From: Minisyncoccota bacterium
Lineage (GTDB): Bacteria > Patescibacteriota > Minisyncoccia > Phycocordibacterales > JABMNX01
Length of the DNA stretch: 64,000 nt
Assembly (NCBI GenBank): GCA_040876885.1
Contig: JBBDOU010000012.1
Coordinates: 5,986-69,985, forward strand
Direction of reading: 5' to 3'
The notes under the pieces are model-generated. The model made no database searches and was not told the DNA's origin. It saw nothing but the letters and a program-made list of their open reading frames with translations. Below are positions 47,150 to 57,096 of this stretch, piece after piece; the first letter of the stretch is position 1, and each line of letters opens with the position of its first letter. Position numbers and translations under genes: made by a program.

Positions 47150-48481
47150 ATGGAACGAACAGAAATACAAAACCTAAAAGACGCTATCAATACTGATGTA
47201 ACTATCTCAGGATGGGTAGATGTTGCGCGAGACCAAGGGAAGATGGCTTTTTTTGATTTCCGGGACGGTACAGGGTTTGTGCAAGGAGTAGTTTTTGGAA
47301 AGCCAGAGGTACTTGAAGTAGCTAAAACACTTCGTCCTGAATGGGTTGTGACAGTAACAGGAAAAGTAAACGCACGTCCTGAAAAGATGATAAATGAGGG
47401 AGTTCTTAATGGAGATATCGAGCTTGAAATCACCGGGATTGAAGTCCTTTCTAAAGCACATGAGCTCCCGTTTGATCTCGATGCAGATCTTAACCTAGAC
47501 ACCTTACTTGATTATCGACCCTTAACAATACGCACAAAACGAGCACGCGACATATTCAAAGTTGCCGCCACTATCGTGCAGGGATACAGAAGTGCACTTA
47601 TTAAGCGCGGGTTTACTGAATTCCAAGCACCGGCGCTTGTTGGAGGAGATGCGGAAGGAGGCGCAGAGGTATTTAAAGTAGAATATTTCAATGACCGCAC
47701 CGCTTTTCTTGCAACCAGTCCTCAGCTTTATAAAGAGATAATGACTGGTGCGTACGAGCGGGCATTTACTATCGCAAAAATATTCCGTGCAGAGAAGTCA
47801 GCTACCACACGGCACTTATCTGAGGTAACACAGATGGATTTCGAGATGTCCTTCATCCGTAACCACCTTGATGTTATGAGCATGCTTGAAGAAGTTGTAC
47901 GCGAGGTCTCTACAGGGGTTAGTGAAAAACATCTGGATGTATTTAAACGTTTTGCTGTTGAGGCACCACTTCTTTCAAAAGAACCCTTTCCAATACTAAC
48001 GCTTATCGAAGCTCAGGAGATACTCGAGAAAGAATTTGGAGGAAAAGCAAAAGGAGAACTCGATCTTACTCCAGAACACGAACGGCAAATATGTGAGTGG
48101 GCGAAAAAAGAAAAGGGGAGTGATTTTGTATTTATTACTGAGTTTCCAACGGCGAAGCGTGCCTTTTATACGTATCCTGACCCAGAGAACCCAGAACGCT
48201 CATATAGTTTTGACCTCTTATTCCGCGGACTTGAAATAAACAGTGGAAGTCAACGTTTCCATAACTACGATGAAATGGTGGAGACAATTAAAGCTCGCGG
48301 TATGGACCCTGAGAAATTCTCTTTCTACCTTCAAATGCATAAATATGGAATCCCACCACATGGTGGTTGTTCAACAGGACTCGAGCGCTTCACCGCACGA
48401 ATGCTTGAACTCTCTAATGTGAAAGAGGCGGTACCATTTCCACGAGACATGAACCGAATCGATACACTGCTATCAGAATAA
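47150..48481 (+). CDS. aspS: Aspartyl-tRNA synthetase, archaeal/eukaryotic-type class IIb (Asp/Asn assignment is tentative)
   Basis: An N-terminal OB fold, motif 2 FRAEKSATTRHLSE, motif 3 GGCSTGLERF and a C-terminal FPRD..R. 443 aa. Confidence 0.75.
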   Translation: MERTEIQNLKDAINTDVTISGWVDVARDQGKMAFFDFRDGTGFVQGVVFGKPEVLEVAKTLRPEWVVTVTGKVNARPEKMINEGVLNGDIELEITGIEVLSKAHELPFDLDADLNLDTLLDYRPLTIRTKRARDIFKVAATIVQGYRSALIKRGFTEFQAPALVGGDAEGGAEVFKVEYFNDRTAFLATSPQLYKEIMTGAYERAFTIAKIFRAEKSATTRHLSEVTQMDFEMSFIRNHLDVMSMLEEVVREVSTGVSEKHLDVFKRFAVEAPLLSKEPFPILTLIEAQEILEKEFGGKAKGELDLTPEHERQICEWAKKEKGSDFVFITEFPTAKRAFYTYPDPENPERSYSFDLLFRGLEINSGSQRFHNYDEMVETIKARGMDPEKFSFYLQMHKYGIPPHGGCSTGLERFTARMLELSNVKEAVPFPRDMNRIDTLLSE

Positions 48482-48495
48482 GAAAACTGTATTGC

Positions 48496-49902
48496 ATGAA
48501 AATAACAACACAAGAAAAAAAATCTGAAGCTCAACCGAAGAAGGTTGTTCGTGTTGTGTTTACAGAAAAAAACCAAACACGGTTTGTTGAAGATGCGAGC
48601 AACACCACAAGAATTGAAGTAAAGATTAATAAAGCTGATAGAGATAATTTTAGAAAAAGTATTAAAGTAGTCCGCCGAGTTGTTCGGATAGCACAACAGT
48701 ATCACGTAGCAGTAATCGCAATTGATTTTACTGAGTTTGATAAAGTGTCTAAGCTTCCTGCAAAAGAGATGGCATCGATGGTTGCACAGAACCTTACTGT
48801 TGCACACTATGAGTTTAGGGATTTTAAAACAAAACCAAAGACGGGATGGAAAGATCTTAAAGAAGTAATCCTTACACATATTTCCCAAAAAGCAGTCATA
48901 GACGGCATCGCAGAAGGTAAAATAATTGGGGAGATGGTGAACGAGTGCCGAATGATTTCAAATACTCCAGGAGGAGACATGACGCCACAAATCCTTGCGG
49001 GGCACGCAAAACGACTTTCCCAAAAAACAACGATAAAGACTACTGTCCTTGGTAAGAAAGAAATAGAAAAGCTTGGCATGGGAGCAATCCTTGGTGTTGC
49101 AAAAGGTTCACCAGAAGAACCAAAGTTTATCGTGATGAACTACCAAGGAGGAAAGAAAGACGAACGACCTATTGTACTTATTGGTAAAGGGGTGACATTT
49201 GACAGTGGTGGTATTAATTTAAAACCAAGTGAGTCTATTTTGGGTATGCATATGGATATGTCAGGTGGCTCAGCAGTCATGACCTCGATTGCGCTTATTG
49301 CACAACTAAAGCTTAAGAAAAATGTCATTGGACTCATTCCTTCTGTAGAAAACATGGCATCCGGAAGCTCATTTCGTCCAGGCGACGTGCTCAAGTCTAT
49401 GTCAGGAAAGACTATTGAAATTATAAACACTGACGCAGAAGGTCGTCTAATCCTAGCTGATGCAATTACGTATGCTAAAAGATTTAACCCAAAAGCAGTC
49501 ATAGACGTCGCAACACTTACTGGTGCATCACTCGTTGCACTTGGGCAACACGCCTCAGCAATCATGACACGAGATAAGAAGCTCCAGGACACATTAATGG
49601 AGCTGGGAGAGCAGACTGGGGATTATGTATGGCCACTACCACTCTGGGAAGAATACGAAGCTGATGTTAAGGGGCAGATTGCTGATATTGCAAACCTCGC
49701 AACAAGAAATGCTCGATACGGAGGGTCTATTAACGGTGGTGTTTTTTTATTACAGTTTGCTAAGGACTTGCCAAAGGATTGTGCTTGGGCACACATTGAT
49801 ATGGCACCGAGAATGACAACAATACCGACAGACAACCTCTCGAGTGGGGCGGCAGGAGAGCCAGTGCGATTGCTTACTAAATTTGTTGCAGAATGGAAGT
49901 AG
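48496..49902 (+). CDS. pepA: Leucyl aminopeptidase (M17)
   Basis: NTDAEGRLILADA and the metal-binding blocks. Confidence 0.9.
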   Translation: MKITTQEKKSEAQPKKVVRVVFTEKNQTRFVEDASNTTRIEVKINKADRDNFRKSIKVVRRVVRIAQQYHVAVIAIDFTEFDKVSKLPAKEMASMVAQNLTVAHYEFRDFKTKPKTGWKDLKEVILTHISQKAVIDGIAEGKIIGEMVNECRMISNTPGGDMTPQILAGHAKRLSQKTTIKTTVLGKKEIEKLGMGAILGVAKGSPEEPKFIVMNYQGGKKDERPIVLIGKGVTFDSGGINLKPSESILGMHMDMSGGSAVMTSIALIAQLKLKKNVIGLIPSVENMASGSSFRPGDVLKSMSGKTIEIINTDAEGRLILADAITYAKRFNPKAVIDVATLTGASLVALGQHASAIMTRDKKLQDTLMELGEQTGDYVWPLPLWEEYEADVKGQIADIANLATRNARYGGSINGGVFLLQFAKDLPKDCAWAHIDMAPRMTTIPTDNLSSGAAGEPVRLLTKFVAEWK

Positions 49903-50648
49903 TAGCAGAAACAACAAAAGACTTTAGAGTAAAACTTGAAGGTTTTGAAGGGCCGCTTGAGTTACTCCTTTCTTTGATTGAGAAACGAAAGCTTCCTATT
50001 AATGACGTGTCGCTTGCTTCCGTTACTGATGACTACATCAAGCATATTGAGGCATCTGGTCACTTTCCACTTTCACAAACATCGCACTTCATCTTGATTG
50101 CTTCAACACTGCTTTTAATTAAATCAAAATCACTCCTTCCAACACTCGACCTCACTCCAGAAGAAGAGGAAAGTATAGAGAGTCTAGAGAAAAGACTGAA
50201 GCTCTATAAACGAAATAAGGAACTTTCTCTTCATGTATCCACGATGCTAGGGAAGCGCATGCTTTTTGAAGCACATGAAGCAAAACGTACTAAAGCAGAA
50301 GTTGTATTTTCTCCTTCAGAAGATGCATCAATCGATGCACTTAAAGAGAGTATTTTGGGTGTCCTAAAACGACTTCCTAAGGCGAAACTCGTGGCTGAAG
50401 CGGTGGTGCGAAAAGTAGTGAGTATCGAAGATATGATAGAGAACCTTACAAAGCGAATTACTCAGAAGCTGAGCATGAGCTTCTCTGAATTTTCAAATAT
50501 GGGAAAAGCAGAAAAAGTCGAAGTTATTGTGGGGTTTCTCGCCATGTTAGAGTTAGCAAAGCAAGGTATAATAAATCTTACACAAGAGAAGACATTTGCA
50601 GACATTACCATGGAATCAGATTCAGTCGGAGTACCAAAATACGAATAG
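49893..50648 (+). CDS. scpA: Segregation and condensation protein A
   Basis: FEGPLELLLSLIEKRKLPINDVSLASVTDDY kleisin N-terminus. Confidence 0.85.
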   Translation: MEVVAETTKDFRVKLEGFEGPLELLLSLIEKRKLPINDVSLASVTDDYIKHIEASGHFPLSQTSHFILIASTLLLIKSKSLLPTLDLTPEEEESIESLEKRLKLYKRNKELSLHVSTMLGKRMLFEAHEAKRTKAEVVFSPSEDASIDALKESILGVLKRLPKAKLVAEAVVRKVVSIEDMIENLTKRITQKLSMSFSEFSNMGKAEKVEVIVGFLAMLELAKQGIINLTQEKTFADITMESDSVGVPKYE

Positions 50649-50652
50649 ACTT

Positions 50653-51240
50653 ATGGTGGAATTTCAATCAAACAATACAGAGCAGGGAGTACCAGCACCT
50701 TCACTTTCGGGAGAAATTGAGGCAATTTTATTCTTTAAGAATGAACCGGTAAAGAAGTCGTGGCTTGAAGGAGTGGTAAAACGAACTCCTGAAGATGTAC
50801 GCGATGCGCTCGGAGAACTTAAAATGTCGCTTTTAGGGCGAGGTATCGTACTCCTTGAACTTGGTGACGCTGTGGCACTTCGCACGGCCCCAGAATATTC
50901 AGAGACACTTGCAACACTGCAAAAAGATGAACTTTCAAAAGATATCGGTAAAGCGGGACTTGAAACACTTTCTATTATTCTTTATCAGTCCCCAATCACT
51001 CGGGCGGAAGTTGACTTCATCCGTGGAGTAAACTCAACATTTATCATACGAAATCTTATGGTTCGAGGGCTTATAGAAAAACAAGCAAACCCGAAAGACG
51101 CGCGGAGTTTTTTATACCAACCAACCTTTGCACTACTTTCATTTCTTGGTATTACTGGAATAGAAGACTTGCCTGAATACGGAAGTGTGCGAGAGGAGAT
51201 ACAGCAGTTTAAAGAAGAACAAAGAGAACATGACGAATAA
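50653..51240 (+). CDS. scpB: Segregation and condensation protein B
   Basis: Tandem winged-helix ScpB pattern (EAILFF...PITRAEVDFIRGV). The start was set at the first ATG after the scpA stop. Confidence 0.8.
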   Translation: MVEFQSNNTEQGVPAPSLSGEIEAILFFKNEPVKKSWLEGVVKRTPEDVRDALGELKMSLLGRGIVLLELGDAVALRTAPEYSETLATLQKDELSKDIGKAGLETLSIILYQSPITRAEVDFIRGVNSTFIIRNLMVRGLIEKQANPKDARSFLYQPTFALLSFLGITGIEDLPEYGSVREEIQQFKEEQREHDE

Positions 51241-52219
51241 CGAACCAGAAAAAATCAAAATTGATGACGCACCGGACGAGGTACTTAGTTCTATGATATT
51301 TCGACTTGGAGTGCTTATCGCATTCTTGCTTGTCTGCGGGTTTGTGTTTAGTAGTAATATTTTTGCAGTAGAAAAAGAGAACGTGGTTGCAACTCCTCCA
51401 AAGAAAGTTGTTTTAGTGAGTCCTTTTGAGTACGTTTCTATAGAAGCAGGTTCTGCATACATCTACGACGTGCATGCAAAAAAAGTGTTGTATACAAAAA
51501 ATGAAGACGCGCAACTCCCACTTGCCTCGGTTACTAAATTAATGACTGCGCTTGTTGCCTCAAAACTCATAGCACCAGAGACCATAATTACTATTGGAGA
51601 GGCTTCTATTGCAATTGAGGGCGACAACGGGTTTCATATTGATGAGCAGTGGAATTTTAAAGACCTTCTTGACTACACACTACTTGTTTCTTCAAATGAT
51701 GGTGCACATGCCATTGCGACAATTGGAGGTTCTTTTATTCAAACGGGAGCAGGAAATGCTCGAGATAAATTCATAGCACAGATGAACGAAGAAGCACTTT
51801 CTTTAGGTCTTACGCAAACATATTTTCTAAACGAAAGTGGGCTTGATGCTAATACTACTGTCGGTGGTGGGTATGGTTCAGCCCGTGACATCGCAACACT
51901 CATGACTCATATCATTACACGATCTCCAAATCTTCTAACCGCAACCACGGATAGTGCTCATACATTTGTTTCAGTAGATGGTTTTGTATACGAGGGAGGA
52001 AACACAAACACGACAACAGGAACCATTCCAAGCCTCTTGGCGTCAAAGACAGGGTTCACTGACCTTGCTGGAGGAAACCTTGCAATTGCATTTGACGCGG
52101 GAATTAATCGACCAATTATTGTTGTAGTACTTTCATCTTCTTTTGATGGAAGGTTTAAGGATATAGAGACTCTTGTTTCAGCAACTCTTGCTGCTATAGC
52201 GCAAGGCACGGTAGAATAA
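51230..52219 (+). CDS. dacA: D-alanyl-D-alanine carboxypeptidase (PBP5/6-like, S11)
   Basis: SxxK (ASVTKLM), SxN (SSNDG) and KTG (KTGFT) motifs, with an N-terminal TM anchor. The start was chosen at the ATG that overlaps the scpB end. Confidence 0.8.
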   Translation: MTNNEPEKIKIDDAPDEVLSSMIFRLGVLIAFLLVCGFVFSSNIFAVEKENVVATPPKKVVLVSPFEYVSIEAGSAYIYDVHAKKVLYTKNEDAQLPLASVTKLMTALVASKLIAPETIITIGEASIAIEGDNGFHIDEQWNFKDLLDYTLLVSSNDGAHAIATIGGSFIQTGAGNARDKFIAQMNEEALSLGLTQTYFLNESGLDANTTVGGGYGSARDIATLMTHIITRSPNLLTATTDSAHTFVSVDGFVYEGGNTNTTTGTIPSLLASKTGFTDLAGGNLAIAFDAGINRPIIVVVLSSSFDGRFKDIETLVSATLAAIAQGTVE

Positions 52220-52226
52220 AATTATT

Positions 52227-53306
52227 ATGATTGTTATCGATATTGTTAAAGTAATAGTTCCAGCAGCGCTGGCTTTTTTTATTGGTATTGCTATCACTCC
52301 GATAGTCACACACTATCTTTATAAATTCAAAGCCTGGAAAAAGAAGGCAGGGAAAGGTATCGGCTACGGTGGAGGAGAGACTCCTATTTTTGATGAGCTT
52401 CATAAAGAGAAAGATACAAATACTCCTCGCATGGGAGGAATTGTTATTTGGGCAAGTGTCGTACTCACCGTCCTGTGTATCTGGGCTTTAAATGCTGTCT
52501 TTAATGGAGAGCTGTTTGAAAAACTTGATTTCTTAAGTCGGAGTCAGACATGGTTGCCGTTTTTTGCACTTCTTGTTGGAGCAGTTGTTGGATTCATTGA
52601 TGATGTACTCGTGATTAAGGGAACAGGTTCACATTTTGCTGGCGGTCTACCGCTTTGGCACCGACTTACAACTGTGGGCGCGGTAGCACTCTTTACTGGG
52701 TGGTGGTTTTATGAAAAACTCGAGATTAGTGCAATAAATATTCCCTTTGGTGGAGCGCTCGAGCTCGGTATCTTTTTTATCCCATTTTTTATACTTGTCG
52801 CAATAGCAATTTACGCAAGTGGGGTCATTGACGGTATCGACGGACTCTCTGGCGGGGTTTTTGCATCAATTTTTGCAGCGTACGCAGGAATTGCTTTTTA
52901 CCAGCAACAAATAGACATCGCTGCGCTCTCTGCAACTATCGTTGGGGGTATCCTCGCATTTTTATGGTTCAACATTCCACCTGCACGATTTTACATGACA
53001 GAGACGGGAATCATGGGACTAACAATGGCGCTTACGGTGATTGCATTTATGACAGACACCCTTGGAGGAGGGAACGGAGTCTTTGTCTTGCCTATCGTTG
53101 GGTTCTTGCTTGTGCTTACGGTGCTTTCAGATATTATTCAAGTGCTTTCAAAGAAGATACGGAGCGGGAAGAAGGTCTTTAAAGTTGCACCAATTCATCA
53201 CCATTTTGAAGCTATCGGCTGGCCCGGGTATAAGGTAACCATGCGTTACTGGGTAATCAGTGTCGTCTGTGCAGTTATTGGAATTGTTATTGCATTAGTG
53301 GGTTAA
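52227..53306 (+). CDS. mraY: Phospho-N-acetylmuramoyl-pentapeptide transferase
   Basis: 10 TM helices, GFIDDVLVIKG, the PRMGG loop and HHHFE. Confidence 0.9.
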   Translation: MIVIDIVKVIVPAALAFFIGIAITPIVTHYLYKFKAWKKKAGKGIGYGGGETPIFDELHKEKDTNTPRMGGIVIWASVVLTVLCIWALNAVFNGELFEKLDFLSRSQTWLPFFALLVGAVVGFIDDVLVIKGTGSHFAGGLPLWHRLTTVGAVALFTGWWFYEKLEISAINIPFGGALELGIFFIPFFILVAIAIYASGVIDGIDGLSGGVFASIFAAYAGIAFYQQQIDIAALSATIVGGILAFLWFNIPPARFYMTETGIMGLTMALTVIAFMTDTLGGGNGVFVLPIVGFLLVLTVLSDIIQVLSKKIRSGKKVFKVAPIHHHFEAIGWPGYKVTMRYWVISVVCAVIGIVIALVG

Positions 53307-53340
53307 GTAAAGTTCGGATTTTTTTCAGGAGAGACAGCAG

Positions 53341-53377
53341 AAAAACCGATCTGATATATTTCAGATCGGTTTTTTTC
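53341..53377. terminator. Strong bidirectional intrinsic terminator (AAAAACCGATCTGA-loop-TCAGATCGGTTTTT)
   Basis: A 14-bp perfect stem with a 6-nt loop, flanked by A5 and T7. Confidence 0.85.
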
Positions 53378-53500
53378 GACATTAAGGTCGCTCAAGCGAT
53401 TTAGACTTACCACGCCTCATTCTTTGCGTTTAATCTTGTACACAAAAAGAAAAGGACTAGCCTTGTGTGGACTAATCCTCTTAATGGTTTATTTTACCTT

Positions 53501-54076
53501 CTATTCTTTAATGCGAAGATTAATTGTAAAACCATTCAAGACTTCTTCAAGTCTGTATCCAAGCTCATTACCTTCACCTTCCTCAACGACAGCTTGTAGT
53601 TCTGAGTATGGCGACCGAATCCAAACCTTGTGTTTCCTACTGAGCGTTTCAAGTTCGTCGATAAATGCTTTAACTTTTGACACTCTACTCTCTAACCAGT
53701 CAAGTTCGGGCCACAAGGTTTCGGCGAACTTACGTGCCTGTGCAATACGATGCTCACGAACCCTTTGAGCCTTTTCATCTGTGGGGAGGTATACTTCCGT
53801 AATTTCACAGAGCGAGTAAGTAAGAGAGGGGCTAAAAAGTTCTGACAATTCTTTTTCAGAGAAAGCACCTTGTGCATTATACAGAAGTCCTTCTGGACTC
53901 CTGACTGCGACATGGTGCACTACCGTACCATTCATAAGCCAAACAATAGGCCAACCCAGCCCGCGATTAAGTGCAATTGCAAATGCGTGACATTCCTCAC
54001 CAAAGAACATGGGTATGTATTTTTGACGGAGTGTTTCTTTGTTCTCTTCACAGAGCTCATTAAAAAGTGTGGTCAT
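53501..54076 (-). CDS. Hypothetical protein (191 aa), inserted between mraY and ftsW
   Basis: No family assignment. The C-terminal half is predicted helical. Local GC is slightly higher than the surroundings. Confidence 0.5.
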   Translation of the reverse strand: MTTLFNELCEENKETLRQKYIPMFFGEECHAFAIALNRGLGWPIVWLMNGTVVHHVAVRSPEGLLYNAQGAFSEKELSELFSPSLTYSLCEITEVYLPTDEKAQRVREHRIAQARKFAETLWPELDWLESRVSKVKAFIDELETLSRKHKVWIRSPYSELQAVVEEGEGNELGYRLEEVLNGFTINLRIKE

Positions 54077-54124
54077 TGGGACCTCCTAAATCTAAGATAC
54101 GTTCTTTGAAAGTTCTAACCTCTG

Positions 54125-54138
54125 TATACCATATGGTA
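54125..54138. promoter_or_regulatory. Perfect 14-bp palindrome ATACCATATGGTAT in the divergent promoter region (candidate operator)
   Basis: Exact dyad symmetry. It lies between the divergently transcribed genes 53501-54076 (-) and 54239-54808 (+). Confidence 0.4.
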
Positions 54139-54238
54139 TGACTTACGTAAAATCTCCTACAACATTAAAAGCGTCCCCAAATGCTTTAAACAGGACACAC
54201 TTCTTTAAATTTAAAATATACCCTGATATACTAACCAT

Positions 54239-54808
54239 ATGAAAACAATTTGCACGTGGATTATTATTATTTTAGTAGTAATTGTCGGCGGTTTTTTTGC
54301 ACTAAACTCGTATATTTATCAGGAAAAACAAGGAGAGGGATTACCCCAAGATTTTAAAGAAGCGACCTTCACAGTAAGTGGCGAGCCAGTAACTCTAAAG
54401 GACGGTGTTGCAAAAGCATATACATCGCTTGGAGGTGCATCTGAGACGACCATTAGATACTTTGGAAATGAATTAGTGCACGATGTCGACGGTGACGGAC
54501 AAGAAGACACTGTCTTTCTTGTCTCACAAGAAACTGGTGGAAGTGGAACATTCTTCTATGCAGTTGCGGCGCTGAAGAGAGGAAGTGGGTACATTGGCTC
54601 ACAAGCTGTCTTACTTGGTGACAGAATTGCACCTCAAACTACAGAAAAAGCAGACGGAAGAACTATCGTCATAAACTACATGGAACGAGCACCAGGAGAA
54701 CCTATGACTACACAGCCTTCTGTTGGGAAAAGTCTCTACCTACTTTTAGATACAGACTCACTCCAATTTGGTGAGCTGGTCCAAAATTTTGAAGGCGAGA
54801 GTCGGTAA
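54239..54808 (+). CDS. Hypothetical membrane-anchored secreted protein (189 aa)
   Basis: An N-terminal TM/signal anchor. TGaTATACT lies 6 nt upstream of the ATG. Confidence 0.5.
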   Translation: MKTICTWIIIILVVIVGGFFALNSYIYQEKQGEGLPQDFKEATFTVSGEPVTLKDGVAKAYTSLGGASETTIRYFGNELVHDVDGDGQEDTVFLVSQETGGSGTFFYAVAALKRGSGYIGSQAVLLGDRIAPQTTEKADGRTIVINYMERAPGEPMTTQPSVGKSLYLLLDTDSLQFGELVQNFEGESR

Positions 54809-54822
54809 GGTCTACCACGACT

Positions 54823-54858
54823 AAAAACAATCACTAGATGTCTGGTGATTGTTTTTTG
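54823..54858 (+). terminator. Intrinsic terminator (ACAATCAC-loop-GTGATTGT followed by T6)
   Basis: An 8-bp stem followed by a T-run. It is immediately followed by the TGcTATACT promoter of ftsW. Confidence 0.7.
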
Positions 54859-54873
54859 CTATACTAGTTAGAT

Positions 54874-55965
54874 ATGAAATCTATAGATAGGTCACTCCTT
54901 CTCATAACAGGGATACTTGTTGTATTTGGGTTCTTTATTTTTACCTCAGCATCATTAGGGCTTCTTGCGCGAGAAGGGGCCCGCTTCTCATCGGTTGCGT
55001 TTAGTCAGATATTCTTTGGTATGTTTCTGGGAACTATCTTTCTCGCAATTATGGTAAAGATTCGGTATCGAGTTTGGAAACCATTTGCGCTGTATATATT
55101 TATATTCTCACTCGTAGCCACAGCACTTGTCTTTGTTCCCAGTATTGGATCTGAACTTAATGGCGCGCGGAGATGGATTAGTATCTTTGGATTCTCTATA
55201 CAGCCCGCAGAATTTCTTAAACTTGGGTTCGTTCTCTACCTGGCTTCATATCTCTCGGTAGTAAAAGATAAAATAGGGGAGTTCAAACACGGATTGATTC
55301 CATTTTGTATCATCCTTGGGATCCCCGCGTTACTCCTGCTACTACAGCCTGATACGGGGACAGTCCTTGTCATAGCATCCGCTGGAATTGCGATGTATAT
55401 AACCGCAGGAGGAAAGATACGAGATTTTGTTATTCTTTTCTTGATTGCAACAATAGCACTATCAGCCCTCATCTATACCAGACCGTATGTCCAAGACAGA
55501 ATAGAAACATTTATCCGTCCAGGGACAGATTTACAGCAAACAGGCTACCAACTTAACCAGTCACTCATTGCGATTGGTTCAGGGGGTGTCTCAGGAAGAG
55601 GGTTCGGGCAGAGTGTGCAGAAGTTTAACTACCTTCCTGAGCCTATTGGAGACTCAATATTTGCGGTTGCCGCTGAAGAATTTGGGTTTATTGGTGGTGT
55701 CATCTTGATCCTTTTGTTTCTTTCTTTTTCTTTTCGCGGACTTAAAATTGCATCTCGTGCACCAGACTATTTTGGTGGACTCCTTATCGTTGGAATTGTT
55801 ATACTAATTATATCCCAGTCATTCGTGAACATCGGCTCAATGCTTGGAGTCTTTCCCTTAACAGGCTTACCATTGTTGTTCATTAGTCACGGCGGTACCG
55901 CAATGCTCTTTGCGCTCGGAAATGTGGGTATTATTTTAAATATCTCTAAATATATAAAATCATAA
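54874..55965 (+). CDS. ftsW: SEDS-family peptidoglycan glycosyltransferase FtsW/RodA
   Basis: 10 TM helices and SEDS signature blocks (QPAEFLKLGFVLYLASYLS, RGFGQS). Its position upstream of murG supports FtsW. Confidence 0.85.
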   Translation: MKSIDRSLLLITGILVVFGFFIFTSASLGLLAREGARFSSVAFSQIFFGMFLGTIFLAIMVKIRYRVWKPFALYIFIFSLVATALVFVPSIGSELNGARRWISIFGFSIQPAEFLKLGFVLYLASYLSVVKDKIGEFKHGLIPFCIILGIPALLLLLQPDTGTVLVIASAGIAMYITAGGKIRDFVILFLIATIALSALIYTRPYVQDRIETFIRPGTDLQQTGYQLNQSLIAIGSGGVSGRGFGQSVQKFNYLPEPIGDSIFAVAAEEFGFIGGVILILLFLSFSFRGLKIASRAPDYFGGLLIVGIVILIISQSFVNIGSMLGVFPLTGLPLLFISHGGTAMLFALGNVGIILNISKYIKS

Positions 55966-57092
55966 TGAAAATTGTCTTTACAGGAAGTGGTAGTGGTGGA
56001 CACTTCTACCCACTTATAGCAGTTGCCGAAGAAATCAACGCTTTAGTGGCTGAGAAAAAACTGTTGCGCCCCGAGCTCTATTATTTTGGGCCAAAACCCT
56101 TTGACGAACGAGCACTCCTAGAGCTCAATATAGAACACTACTACTCAAGCGCCGGGAAAATACGAAACTATCCTTCTATTTGGAACTACATAGACATGGT
56201 AAAGACGCTTTGGGGAGGTGTTCTTGCACTCATTAAACTTTTCTTCATTTATCCTGACGTCGTCTTTAGTAAGGGCGGGTACGCAAGTTTCCCCACAGTT
56301 CTTGCTGCACGCCTTCTTCGTATCCCTGTTGTTGTGCATGAATCAGACTCTGTCTTTGGAAAGACAAACGCATGGACAGCAAAGTTTGCACGCAGTGTCG
56401 CAATCTCATATCCAGAACTTGCTGACAAGCTCCCCCATACTCGCGTTGCACACACAGGAAACCCTATTCGGAAAGAACTCTTCCACCCAGAAAAAGAAGG
56501 TGCCTTTGAATATTTAAATCTTGAACCCGAGGTGCCGGTAATTCTCGTCTTAGGAGGCTCACAAGGAGCCCAAGCAATCAATAACACAGTCCTTGATGCG
56601 CTTGCAGAATTACTTCCTCGTTTCCAAATACTTCACCAAGTGGGGGAGAACAATATCGGAGAAATTAAAAGCAGAGTACCGGTTGTTCTTGGAGAACATC
56701 CAAACAAAACCCGGTATCATGCGTTTGGACTCTTGAGTGCACTCGCGCTCCGTATGGCGTATGGTGCATCAAACCTTGTTGTGTCACGAGCAGGTTCTGG
56801 CGGAATATTTGAAACCGCGGGAGCGGGACTGCCAAGTATCATTATCCCAATCCCACGGGATGTATCGCGAGACCAAAGCACTAATGCGTTTACTTACGCA
56901 CGAGCTGGCGCAGCAGTGGTAATACAGCAAAACAATCTCACCCCACACCTGTTAAGTTCTGAAATTAACCGACTCTTTGACAACCCAGAAGAAATGAAAA
57001 AGATGGCAGAGAACGCTAAAGCGTTCTCACGACCAGATGCGGCGCGGAAGATAGCAGAGGAACTAATTAGTATTGGCATAGAACACGAATAA
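55965..57092 (+). CDS. murG: UDP-GlcNAc--undecaprenyl-PP-MurNAc-pentapeptide GlcNAc transferase
   Basis: GSGSGGHFYPLIAVAEE N-terminus and VLGGSQGAQAIN. Confidence 0.9.
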   Translation: MKIVFTGSGSGGHFYPLIAVAEEINALVAEKKLLRPELYYFGPKPFDERALLELNIEHYYSSAGKIRNYPSIWNYIDMVKTLWGGVLALIKLFFIYPDVVFSKGGYASFPTVLAARLLRIPVVVHESDSVFGKTNAWTAKFARSVAISYPELADKLPHTRVAHTGNPIRKELFHPEKEGAFEYLNLEPEVPVILVLGGSQGAQAINNTVLDALAELLPRFQILHQVGENNIGEIKSRVPVVLGEHPNKTRYHAFGLLSALALRMAYGASNLVVSRAGSGGIFETAGAGLPSIIIPIPRDVSRDQSTNAFTYARAGAAVVIQQNNLTPHLLSSEINRLFDNPEEMKKMAENAKAFSRPDAARKIAEELISIGIEHE

Positions 57093-57096
57093 TCAT

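Noticed and set aside
56145-56587. Cluster of short ORFs on both strands inside murG
   Set aside because: All are overlapped by the murG coding frame; none has RBS or promoter evidence.
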